In this document: in pieces, positions 7,957-15,641 of the stretch
How the letters are laid out: each line of letters opens with the position of its first letter
Numbering within the stretch: position 1 is the first letter of the stretch
Assembly: GCF_031422475.1 (NCBI RefSeq)
Contig: NZ_JANPLS010000065.1
Coordinates: 12,996-36,995 of the forward strand
Reading direction: 5' to 3'
Source of the DNA: Chamaesiphon sp. VAR_48_metabat_403
Lineage (GTDB): Bacteria; Cyanobacteriota; Cyanobacteriia; Cyanobacteriales; Chamaesiphonaceae
DNA: 24,000 bases
Position numbers and translations under genes: made by a program
Notes under the pieces: generated by a model
The model's input: the letters and a program-made list of their open reading frames with translations, nothing else
What the model was told of the DNA's origin: nothing
Databases searched by the model: none

Positions 7957-10271
7957 GCGATCTTGGCTAATTGCTGTGGTGCGGCAATTTCCGTAAATAA
8001 TTGACGTGCGTGGAGATTCCAGTCTGTCTGGATCAGATCTCGATCTCCCGCTTGCTGCGATGTTAATTCGGCTTGATAATAGGCTTCAGCGAGATCGCAT
8101 TTAGCACCGAGTTTATCGAGAATTTCAATCGCCTGGAGATGGGTAGAGCGTGCGATATCTAAGCGTCCCTGTAGTCGATAGAGTTGCGCCAAGCTGGTGA
8201 GGGTTCTACCTTGGGTTTGCAGGTAGTTTCCAGTTTGACAGAAGGTGAGGGTTTGCTGATAAACCAGTTCCGCGCGATCGAAATCGCCTAAATTAGTATA
8301 AGTTTGCCCGATCTTTTGGAGGAAATAAGCACTGCTTCCCATCCATTTTTGGTAGAAATTGAGGGTTTCAATTTGGGCGAGTAGTTGTCTGGAATAGTCA
8401 AAATTATTGAGGTAAGATTGAACTAATGCTTGGCAGACAATCGCTTTTTGCGCCCATCGATCGCGAATGGTATTATTTGTCATGTTAATTACCCGATCGA
8501 ATATCTCACTCGCCTCATTAAGCTCCCACAAATCGATGTGATATAACCCCACACTTAATAATGAATCGATCTGTAAAATATGCAAGCAGTGAGTCAGATG
8601 AGATCGATCGGCTGGATCGATTCGAGCTAGACTTATGGATGTATAATCGATCGATTGTTGCTGGATTTCAATCGCTTCGCGAACTCGTCCGACAATCCAA
8701 TATAAATCGCCGAGAATATTGGCGAGTTCAGCAGATTGTCGATCGCCAGGTAGTGCGGATATTATTTGAGTAATTGCGGTTAAAACGGGCTGAATCGCAC
8801 CCATCCGATACAAGTTACTTGCTAATGGCAAAAACTGTCCCCACTGATTATCGCGCGGTTGCAATAGCACTCGTGCTGCTTGAGAAAAATCGCTAATTTC
8901 TATATAGTGATAATATGCCTCTAATGCGGTCATTGCCGTAGTAATATCTGTAATTGTCGTGACAGCCTCTGTCCAATAATTAGCCGCAGCCTGATGAGTT
9001 TTTATCCAATCGTCAGTATGCTGCAATCTCGCGATCGCTTCGGCTCTAATCGCCGGATGCAGCCAATAGCGACCGGAACTAAATTCAATTAACGAGCGAT
9101 TTTTAAGCGAATTAACGACGATCGGTCGTCGCTCTGGTTCGATATCCCATAATAGAGATAATAGGGCATCGATATTCACTCGGCTCAAATCTTGGTAGCG
9201 ATAACATCCCGCCCGACAGAGTAATTGATATGCATAATTATCTAACAATTGCAATCGATCGAACTGATTTCTTATCAATTGTTGCAATCCAGTTTCAATC
9301 GAGATATTCTCTCGATCTGTTGCCAAATATGTCTGAATATCGCTTTCAAAATCGGTATGGATATTTCCGGCAATAATTTCCATCACTTTGGCATTACCGC
9401 CATATTTATAATGTAAAGGTTCGAGTTCGTTAACTGTTGTCGCAATTTGACGGTAATTAAAATAAATTTGCCAGGTATTCACATCCAAACCAGACAGCCG
9501 ATAATGAATTAAATTGAGATCGATTTCGCACAATCGATCGCGGCTGGTAATTAAAGTAACTCCCGGTAACTGGCGATCGGTTAATACCCGCAATAATTCT
9601 ACATAACCACGCTGAGAGACAACAATCTTACCCTCGCCATCTAGTGCTGGTTCTAAATTATCGATTAAAATTCCCACTTTGCGCGTACTTAATTGTCGCT
9701 TCAATCTTAGTAAAGCTACCCCAAAATCTCGCCCCGGATCTGTTTGTAAATCTTGCCCCAACCATTCTTCAACCACGATCTCCGCTGGCGTAATTTGAGC
9801 CGTCTCTTTTGCCATCGATAATTCTAAAATTAGATCGCAGCCACAGGTTTTTAAATACTGCTGCGCGAGCATCGTTTTTCCGACACCACCTTCCCCCTGA
9901 ATCACAATCGCGCGCTGTCCCTGCTGGATAAATTCATCCAATCTCGCGATCGCCCCTTCCCGACCGATAAACTGGTAATTAACGATCGACTGCACCTGCC
10001 CGATCGACTCAATCGCCTGAAGACGGTGTAAAATCGATTTGAGATTATTTTTAGTTACCCGCTCCCCCAATAGTTGCGATAATAATTGCCACAAAGCAGC
10101 AGCGATATCTTTGATGTGCCCTTCCGTGCAATGATATTCTGTGGCAATCTCGATATACTTTCGTCCGACCAATACCCGATCGATAATAAACACCTGAAGA
10201 TCGTTAAGGTGTCTACCTGTCTGCATGGCAAGTAATCGATCGATCCAAGTTATGGCAATGTTAGCATTCAT
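7944..10271 (-). CDS. STAND NTPase: N-terminal LuxR/sigma70-region-4-like HTH, NB-ARC-type ATPase, C-terminal TPR array
   Basis: The HTH-like segment LNDLQVFIIDRVLVGRKYIEIATEYHCTEGHIKDIAAALWQLL fits the LuxR-type pattern. Walker A is IVIQGEGGVGKTMLAQQY and Walker B is VGILIDNLE. The NB-ARC sensor-like motif is TLITSRDR. About 350 aa of TPR-like helical repeats follow (e.g. ELANILGDLYWIVGRVREAIEIQQQSI and LTSLAQLYRLQGRLDIARSTHLQAIEI). Confidence 0.85.
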   Translation of the reverse strand: MNANIAITWIDRLLAMQTGRHLNDLQVFIIDRVLVGRKYIEIATEYHCTEGHIKDIAAALWQLLSQLLGERVTKNNLKSILHRLQAIESIGQVQSIVNYQFIGREGAIARLDEFIQQGQRAIVIQGEGGVGKTMLAQQYLKTCGCDLILELSMAKETAQITPAEIVVEEWLGQDLQTDPGRDFGVALLRLKRQLSTRKVGILIDNLEPALDGEGKIVVSQRGYVELLRVLTDRQLPGVTLITSRDRLCEIDLNLIHYRLSGLDVNTWQIYFNYRQIATTVNELEPLHYKYGGNAKVMEIIAGNIHTDFESDIQTYLATDRENISIETGLQQLIRNQFDRLQLLDNYAYQLLCRAGCYRYQDLSRVNIDALLSLLWDIEPERRPIVVNSLKNRSLIEFSSGRYWLHPAIRAEAIARLQHTDDWIKTHQAAANYWTEAVTTITDITTAMTALEAYYHYIEISDFSQAARVLLQPRDNQWGQFLPLASNLYRMGAIQPVLTAITQIISALPGDRQSAELANILGDLYWIVGRVREAIEIQQQSIDYTSISLARIDPADRSHLTHCLHILQIDSLLSVGLYHIDLWELNEASEIFDRVINMTNNTIRDRWAQKAIVCQALVQSYLNNFDYSRQLLAQIETLNFYQKWMGSSAYFLQKIGQTYTNLGDFDRAELVYQQTLTFCQTGNYLQTQGRTLTSLAQLYRLQGRLDIARSTHLQAIEILDKLGAKCDLAEAYYQAELTSQQAGDRDLIQTDWNLHARQLFTEIAAPQQLAKIAAGE

Positions 10272-10273
10272 CG

Positions 10274-10322
10274 GGAGATGGGAGTTGGGAGATGGGAGAT
10301 GGGAGATGGGAGTGAGGAGTAA
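10274..10322. repeat. Heptamer tandem array GGGAGAT/GGGAGTT (7 units)
   Basis: The units read gggagat gggagtt gggagat gggagat gggagat gggagtg aggagta. The array starts 2 nt from the start codon (CAT at 10269-10271) of the minus-strand STAND gene. Confidence 0.9.
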
Positions 10323-10376
10323 GGAAAATCCCCTCCTCGGAGGGGTGCCCGAAGGGCGGGGTGGGTAGATCTTCGC
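10323..10376 (+). repeat. GC-rich double-hairpin core element, copy A
   Basis: Sequence aggaaaatcccctcctcggaggggtgcccgaagggcggggtgggtagatcttcgc. Hairpin 1 is cccctc-ctcg-gagggg and hairpin 2 is gccc-gaa-gggc. The termini are shared with the copies at 15642-15729 (inverted) and 17077-17141 (same orientation). Confidence 0.85.
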
Positions 10377-10481
10377 AATAACTCATTAACTAGACTCGCG
10401 CATACAAACCTATTCGAGCGGGTAAGAGCGGCAACTACACCTCTGTATAAATAACAACTACCCCGCCCAAATTACTCATTC

Positions 10482-10531
10482 CCGACTTTTTCCGACTTTT
10501 CCTTAGTATAAGATTGCCGACGAGATCCGAC
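10482..10531 (+). promoter_or_regulatory. Cluster of four CCGAC direct repeats upstream of the ferritin-like gene (candidate operator)
   Basis: ccgacttttt (10482-10491) and ccgacttttc (10492-10501) are tandem 10-mers. Further ccgac motifs lie at 10517-10521 and 10527-10531. A TATAAG-like -10 candidate lies between them, 60-110 nt upstream of the ATG at 10592. Confidence 0.25.
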
Positions 10532-10591
10532 TGACAGTATTTGTGCGGAAGTTTATAGTCGAACTACCACCTCAATATTGGTAGATGACAC

Positions 10592-11530
10592 ATGACTTTA
10601 TTTTTGGCTGGCGATGCCCCCTTAGAGCTGCTACACCCGCAAGATTCCCAGAGCGAATCGAAATTTAATCTAAATATTCGATCGCTAATTGCCGATTATT
10701 TAGATCCGGTAACTCTAAATACTAAACTTCAAGAATTACCCCAACAGTTCGCTCGTCCGCAACCGCGAAAATGGGCGCGGATCGATTGGCAAAATCTCAA
10801 TTGTGACCAGATTGTCGGCATCGAACCGCAACTCTTTTTAGCTATTCTCAAAGGTGCGATCGATACTGAAGCACCCATTCGCGACTATACCCAGACTAGT
10901 CGGCAATATCTCGCGCCCATTCATACCCAAATGGCAGAATTTGTCGGGGGAACTGTCGACGAAATAGGCAAGCACTCAAAAGGAATTTGGGAACTAGAAG
11001 AATGCCGTCATGCACCCGCACTTCTGAGAGTCTATCGCCAATTAAGCGGTGAGAAAATCGAGCTGACTTTCAAACAAGTTCGACCTTATCAACCAACTAG
11101 CTGCCCAGATCGCGATCTCTATCGTCACGGGTTGCATCGAATTTTTACTGAATATGGAGCAACTTGTTTATATCTGTGGCTGATGGGGCATTCTAAAGGT
11201 ACGCTGCGGCAGATCTTAGGAGAACTAGTTTGCGATGAAGTCAACCATTTAATTAAATTCTGGGGGTTTGGCATCTGGCTGTACCCATGTCCGAAAGGAT
11301 ATCGATTTTTGCGTGGTTGTCAACAACTATTGCCACGTCGTTCGTCGGGGAATAATTTACTCAAAACCTATCGGCGGATGATGTCTGTCTTGCAATGGCA
11401 GGATTGGACGTGGCAACACCGCTGGCAGATCGTCACGACTTTCGCGCTGGTGATGCAACAGCTTTTAGCTTGGCATCATGCCCTCAAACCCACAGATTTA
11501 AATCGAATTTTTGGTGCTTCGTCTAATTAG
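10592..11530 (+). CDS. Ferritin-like di-iron carboxylate protein resembling soluble acyl-ACP desaturases
   Basis: The ligand pattern E...EXXH...E...EXXH is present: DTE93AP, WELEE137CRH140, TE187YG and CDE216VNH219. The spacings (44/50/29) are close to those of the soluble plant acyl-ACP desaturases as I recall them. IWELEECRHAPALL resembles the WTAEENRHGDLL motif of that family. Confidence 0.65.
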   Translation: MTLFLAGDAPLELLHPQDSQSESKFNLNIRSLIADYLDPVTLNTKLQELPQQFARPQPRKWARIDWQNLNCDQIVGIEPQLFLAILKGAIDTEAPIRDYTQTSRQYLAPIHTQMAEFVGGTVDEIGKHSKGIWELEECRHAPALLRVYRQLSGEKIELTFKQVRPYQPTSCPDRDLYRHGLHRIFTEYGATCLYLWLMGHSKGTLRQILGELVCDEVNHLIKFWGFGIWLYPCPKGYRFLRGCQQLLPRRSSGNNLLKTYRRMMSVLQWQDWTWQHRWQIVTTFALVMQQLLAWHHALKPTDLNRIFGASSN

Positions 11531-11552
11531 CAAACTTACTATAAATAATACC

Positions 11553-12296
11553 ATGAGTACTCAAACACTGACTAAACTACCAGCTATTTTAGATCCGACT
11601 AAAATGCCCCAACATATTGCCGCAATTATGGATGGTAATGGGCGATGGGCAAAACAACAAGGTTTGCCTAGAATTGCAGGACATCAACAAGGTGCAAAAA
11701 CAGTTAAATCGTTATTACGGTGCTGTAAAGATTGGGGGATTGCTAATTTTACCGTCTACGCATTTTCAACTGAAAATTGGCGCAGACCAGCGGCTGAAGT
11801 TGATTTTTTAATGAAACTATTTGAAGGTTTATTAGATAGCGAACTAGCCAAACTGCACGAAGAAGGCGTGCGAGTTAGATTTCTAGGCGATCGATCTCAA
11901 GTGCCGATCGGACTTCAAAGAATGATGGATAAATCTATATCCACTACCGAACATAACCGCGCGGTAACATTTAATATTGCCATTAATTATGGCGGTCGGC
12001 ATGAAATTCTGCAAGCCTGTAAATCGATCGCCACCCTGATTAGAGCGGGCGAATTAGACCCCCAATCGATCGATGAATCCGTATTCACTCAATATTTAGA
12101 CACTACCGGATTACCAGATCCAGATTTGTTAATTAGGACTAGCGGAGAACAGCGGTTGAGCAACTTTTTACTCTGGCAACTTGCCTACACTGAGTTATAT
12201 ATTACCAATACCCACTGGCCAGATTTTAGCAACGACGAATTTACGCAAGCGATCGCCGATTATCAGCAACGCGATCGGCGATTTGGTAAGGTATGA
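11553..12296 (+). CDS. uppS: Isoprenyl transferase (undecaprenyl-diphosphate synthase)
   Basis: HIAAIMDGNGRWAKQQGLPRIAGHQQG, YAFSTENWRRP, and the C-terminal RTSGEQRLSNFLLWQLAYTELY and RRFG are hallmark cis-prenyltransferase motifs. The start is placed at the ATG at 11553 (MSTQTL) rather than the non-ATG start at 11511. Confidence 0.92.
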   Translation: MSTQTLTKLPAILDPTKMPQHIAAIMDGNGRWAKQQGLPRIAGHQQGAKTVKSLLRCCKDWGIANFTVYAFSTENWRRPAAEVDFLMKLFEGLLDSELAKLHEEGVRVRFLGDRSQVPIGLQRMMDKSISTTEHNRAVTFNIAINYGGRHEILQACKSIATLIRAGELDPQSIDESVFTQYLDTTGLPDPDLLIRTSGEQRLSNFLLWQLAYTELYITNTHWPDFSNDEFTQAIADYQQRDRRFGKV

Positions 12297-12582
12297 TTGG
12301 TTCGTTGTCAACTCCTGCGGCAACCAAGACTAAAATCGCGTTATGATGGCGATGGCTCGGCTCTAGTCAATCAATCTAGCCGATCGGTACCCTTGTGAGC
12401 GATCGACTTGCTAGACCCCAGCCCCACACTAATGTAGGATAAATATTAACGATCGTTAACAAAACGGTACGTAGTTTGGCTACAAATTCATAATTGCCAT
12501 TTATCTACTGACGCAAAAGTATCTAACTGGCAGTCACAATCATTTTGCCTTCCTCATAAATACTGGAGATCTAAACCGCTAC

Positions 12583-13623
12583 ATGACTTTATCGATCGAT
12601 CCGAATCCAGCCGCAGTGCTGTCCCCGCATCTCAAATTCAAACACATCGTTCAGTCTTTACCAAAATCAGTTTTTGTTAAAGATAGTCGTCAAGCATGGC
12701 TGACAGCCCTTAAAACCATCGTCAGCGTGACGATAGGGATGCTCGCAATTGCCTATTCGCCTTGGTATTTATTACCGCTGGCATGGGTATTTACAGGTAC
12801 GGCGATGACTGGCTGCTTCGTAATCGGTCATGACTGCGCCCATCGTTCCTTCTCGAATAGTCGCAAAGTCAACGATATTGTCGGTCATCTGTTTATGTTG
12901 ACCCTAATTTATCCCTTCCACGGCTGGCGATACGGACACGCCAAACACCACAAGCATACCAATAAAATGGACGTGGACAACGCTTGGCAGCCGTGGCGAC
13001 CCGAAGATTATCAAGACGCACCTGCCTGGCTGCAAGTAGTTTATCAGGCGATGCGCGGTCGGTTGTGGTGGTTGGCATCATTACCGCACTGGGCAGCAGT
13101 CCACTTCGACTGGCGGAAATTTCCCGAAGGCAAAACCAGAGACGATGTTAAATTCTCGGCTCTATTTGTCATCATCGGTGCCGCAATTATCTTCCCGATT
13201 TTAATTGGGACTTTAGGTATCTGGGGCTTTGTCAAATTCTGGGTTATCCCCTGGTTGGTATATCACTTCTGGATGAGTACGTTCACGATCGTCCATCATA
13301 CCGCCTCAGATATCCCTTTTACGCCCGCTGGTGAATGGAATGAAGCGATCGCCCAATTATCTGGTACAGTCCATTGTGACTACCCCCGCTGGGTCGAATT
13401 TCTCTGTCACGATATCAACGTCCACGTTCCCCACCACATTTCGACGGCAATTCCTTCCTACCGCTTACGGGAAGCTCACGCCATCATTAAAGAGCAATGG
13501 GGTGAATATATCAAAGAGCGTCAGTTTAACTGGGAACTGATGAAAGATATCACCGATAAATGTCATATCTATGAAGAGAATGAGTTTTATCAAAGCTTCC
13601 GCGAATTTAACGCGAATAACTAG
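12583..13623 (+). CDS. desA: Acyl-lipid delta-12 (omega-6) fatty acid desaturase
   Basis: Three histidine boxes are present: HDCAH, HAKHHKH and HVPHH. There is extended similarity to Synechocystis DesA as I recall it (FVKFWVIPWLVYHFWMSTFTIVHHT, GTVHCDYPRWVEFLCHDINVH, IPSYRLR). Confidence 0.88.
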   Translation: MTLSIDPNPAAVLSPHLKFKHIVQSLPKSVFVKDSRQAWLTALKTIVSVTIGMLAIAYSPWYLLPLAWVFTGTAMTGCFVIGHDCAHRSFSNSRKVNDIVGHLFMLTLIYPFHGWRYGHAKHHKHTNKMDVDNAWQPWRPEDYQDAPAWLQVVYQAMRGRLWWLASLPHWAAVHFDWRKFPEGKTRDDVKFSALFVIIGAAIIFPILIGTLGIWGFVKFWVIPWLVYHFWMSTFTIVHHTASDIPFTPAGEWNEAIAQLSGTVHCDYPRWVEFLCHDINVHVPHHISTAIPSYRLREAHAIIKEQWGEYIKERQFNWELMKDITDKCHIYEENEFYQSFREFNANN

Positions 13624-13750
13624 GAATAGTGAATAGTGCGATCGATCGCACCACTCGCTAAATTTAATCTAGCAAAACATCCGAGGTGGGCAATGGCCCA
13701 CCTTTTTTATTATCGACGCTCCACTACAAACTACTCACTATTCACTATTC
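13624..13750. repeat. 127-bp unit bounded by inverted heptamer arrays (GAATAGT x2 / ACTATTC x2-3) and containing the desA terminator
   Basis: gaatagt gaatagt lies at 13624-13637, directly after the desA stop. actactc actattc actattc lies at 13730-13750 and is its reverse complement. Confidence 0.75.
13684..13711 (+). terminator. Rho-independent terminator of desA
   Basis: A perfect 8-bp GC-rich stem (aggtgggc 13684-13691 with gcccacct 13696-13703) and a 4-nt loop, followed by a T6 run. Confidence 0.8.
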
Positions 13751-13811
13751 ACCGACAGTAAGATAGTAAGCTAAAATAAAACCTGACTCATTTACACCCA
13801 ATCGCCCACAC

Positions 13812-14864
13812 ATGCAATTCATCGACCTGGCAGAAGTAGAAGTAGAATCAGGCAGTGGCGGCGATGGGATGGTTGCCTTTCGGCGTGAAAAATACGTACC
13901 AGCCGGAGGCCCCGCCGGGGGAAACGGCGGTAAAGGCGGCTCGGTATTATTTACCGCCGTTGAAAACTTACAAACATTACTCGATTTTCGGTACAACCGC
14001 CGCTTTAAAGCCGAAAACGGCACCAAAGGCGGTTCTAAAAACTGTACTGGCGCATCTGGCGAAGATCTGATCGTTGAGGTGCCTTGCGGTACGATAATTT
14101 ACGATACCGAGAATGACGAAATACTCGTCGATTTAGTCGAACCCGGACAAACATTTAAAATTGTCTCTGGTGGTAAAGGTGGCTTGGGTAACGCGCACTT
14201 TCTGAGCAATAGCAATCGCGCGCCAGAATACGCCCTCCCCGGACAACCGCCCCAGCAAAAACGGATTCGCCTAGAATTAAAATTATTAGCAGAAGTTGGC
14301 ATTATCGGATTACCAAATGCAGGTAAATCGACCCTAATTTCGGTACTTTCCGCAGCTCGTCCTAAAGTTGCCGATTATCCGTTTACCACTCTAGTACCCA
14401 ATTTAGGTGTCGTCCGCAAACCATCTGGCGATGGGACATTATTTGCAGATATTCCTGGTTTAATTGAAGGTGCATCTGAAGGTGCGGGTTTGGGTCACGA
14501 TTTCCTCCGCCACATCGAGCGCACCCGCGTATTATTACACCTCGTCGAGGCAACTAGCGAAGACCCGATCGGAGCCTACGAGACGATTCAACAAGAGTTA
14601 ATCGCTTATAATGATACTTTGGCTACCCGCCCCCAAATTCTCGCCCTGAGCAAGATCGATGCCGTCGATGATGAAGAAGTCGCCGCCATCGCCCAAGCTT
14701 TGAGCGAAGTCGCCCAGCAGCAAGTATTTCTTATCTCTTCCGCAACTCGTACCGGATTAGATCCTTTACTGAGTCAAGTTTGGCAGCAATTAGACGAGCT
14801 AGCAGCCCAGCGTGCTGCCGATAAGTTAGCTCTAGAACGGTCGGCTTTCCCCGTACTCAAGTAA
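13812..14864 (+). CDS. obg: GTPase Obg/CgtA
   Basis: The N-terminal Obg fold is MQFIDLAEVEVESGSGGDGMVAFRREKYVPAGGPAGGNGGKGGSV. G-domain motifs are GLPNAGKST, DIPGLIEGA and SKID. Confidence 0.95.
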   Translation: MQFIDLAEVEVESGSGGDGMVAFRREKYVPAGGPAGGNGGKGGSVLFTAVENLQTLLDFRYNRRFKAENGTKGGSKNCTGASGEDLIVEVPCGTIIYDTENDEILVDLVEPGQTFKIVSGGKGGLGNAHFLSNSNRAPEYALPGQPPQQKRIRLELKLLAEVGIIGLPNAGKSTLISVLSAARPKVADYPFTTLVPNLGVVRKPSGDGTLFADIPGLIEGASEGAGLGHDFLRHIERTRVLLHLVEATSEDPIGAYETIQQELIAYNDTLATRPQILALSKIDAVDDEEVAAIAQALSEVAQQQVFLISSATRTGLDPLLSQVWQQLDELAAQRAADKLALERSAFPVLK

Positions 14865-14873
14865 GATTCAAAA

Positions 14874-14910
14874 GAGGAAGGGCAATCCGTGGATCGCCCT
14901 TCCTCTATTT
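14874..14910 (+). terminator. Terminator hairpin downstream of obg
   Basis: A 10-bp stem (gaggaagggc 14874-14883 with gcccttcctc 14896-14905) followed by tattt. Confidence 0.65.
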
Positions 14911-14933
14911 AACAGTTACCATAATTTTTAGAA

Positions 14934-15020
14934 CGGACAGGGAGGGATTCGAACCCTCGATGGGGTTACCCCCATAACACATTAGCAGTGTGCCGCTTTC
15001 GACCACTCAGCCACCTATCC
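14934..15020 (-). tRNA. tRNA-Ser (anticodon GCU)
   Basis: The reverse complement folds as an 87-nt class II tRNA. The acceptor stem is GGATAGG/CCTGTCC, and the anticodon stem GCACA/TGTGT carries loop CTGCTAA (anticodon GCT). There is a long variable arm (GGGGGTAACCCC) and T arm GAGGG-TTCGAAT-CCCTC. CCA is not encoded. Confidence 0.9.
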
Positions 15021-15094
15021 AAACAACGGCTATTAACCGATATTTCTTATAATACCATCCTGGCTAGATTTTTACAAGATAATTCTAATTAACG

Positions 15095-15589
15095 ATGACA
15101 ACTACACCGATAATCGCTCAAAAATCGGCTCATCCTGCCGATCGATTCGCGATCGGGTTTGCGCCCCTATTATTAGATGAAGTTTACCAACTAGCCGACG
15201 ACCCCGGCAATGGTGCCGTTGTCATGATGAGCGGTACCGTGCGCGATCGCACTGACGGCAAAGCGGTAGAATACTTAGAATATCAGGCTTACGAGCCGAT
15301 GGCGATTCAAGTATTTGCTGCCATCGGTTGGGAAATTCGCAGCAAATGGGCAGATGTCACGCATGTGGTTATCCATCACCGGATCGGTAAGTTAAAGATC
15401 GGCGAAATTAGCGTACTGTTAGCTGTCGGCTGTCCCCATCGCGGCGAAGCGTTTGCAGCTTGTCAATTTGCGATCGATACTCTCAAGCATCAAGCCCCGA
15501 TCTGGAAAAAAGAGTGGTACGTTGAAGCCGACGGACGCACCGCCAGCACATGGGTAAGCATCGGAGCCTGCGAGGAGTTAGATTGTTAA
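15095..15589 (+). CDS. moaE: Molybdopterin synthase catalytic subunit
   Basis: GAVVMMSGTVRDRTDGKAVEYLEYQAYEPMA, the HRIGKLKIGEISVLLAV block and PIWKKEW are typical MoaE segments. Size is 164 aa. Confidence 0.88.
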   Translation: MTTTPIIAQKSAHPADRFAIGFAPLLLDEVYQLADDPGNGAVVMMSGTVRDRTDGKAVEYLEYQAYEPMAIQVFAAIGWEIRSKWADVTHVVIHHRIGKLKIGEISVLLAVGCPHRGEAFAACQFAIDTLKHQAPIWKKEWYVEADGRTASTWVSIGACEELDC

Positions 15590-15641
15590 TTAGGTATTAG
15601 GTATTAGGTATTAGATTTTAGGTTTTAGATTTTAGGTTTTA
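15590..15641. repeat. Heptamer tandem array TTAGGTA x3 then TTAGATT/TTAGGTT x4
   Basis: The array starts at the base after the moaE TAA (15587-15589) and runs directly into core copy B. Confidence 0.9.

Noticed and set aside
7944-10271. The STAND NTPase as an Avs-type antiphage sensor
   Set aside because: There is no nuclease, protease, TIR or other effector domain and no neighbouring defence genes. The N-terminal module looks like a DNA-binding HTH, so a signalling or regulatory role is more parsimonious. It is kept only as an alternative in the finding.
11511-11552. Upstream non-ATG start for uppS, overlapping the end of the ferritin-like gene
   Set aside because: The ATG at 11553 gives a normal UppS N-terminus about 20 residues before the HIAAIMDGNGRW motif. 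The extension adds 14 residues with no support.
12467-12483. Possible NtcA site (GTA-N8-TAC) upstream of desA
   Set aside because: The spacings found are N7 (12471-12483) and N11 (12467-12483), not the N8 the consensus requires.
12893-14302. ORFs 12893-13081(-), 13044-13235(-), 13331-13540(+), 13745-14026(-), 13855-14070(+) and 14099-14302(-)
   Set aside because: These are shadow ORFs inside desA and obg. The Pro/Gly-rich translations mirror the glycine-rich Obg N-terminal domain read in other frames.
14934-15020. tRNA-Ser as the attachment site of a genomic island
   Set aside because: No integrase, no partial tRNA direct repeat and no compositional shift occur on either side. The flanks are obg and moaE.
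15021-15094. Molybdenum-cofactor riboswitch upstream of moaE
   Set aside because: Only 74 AT-rich nt lie between the tRNA and the ATG, which is too short and lacks the conserved GC-rich Moco-motif helices.
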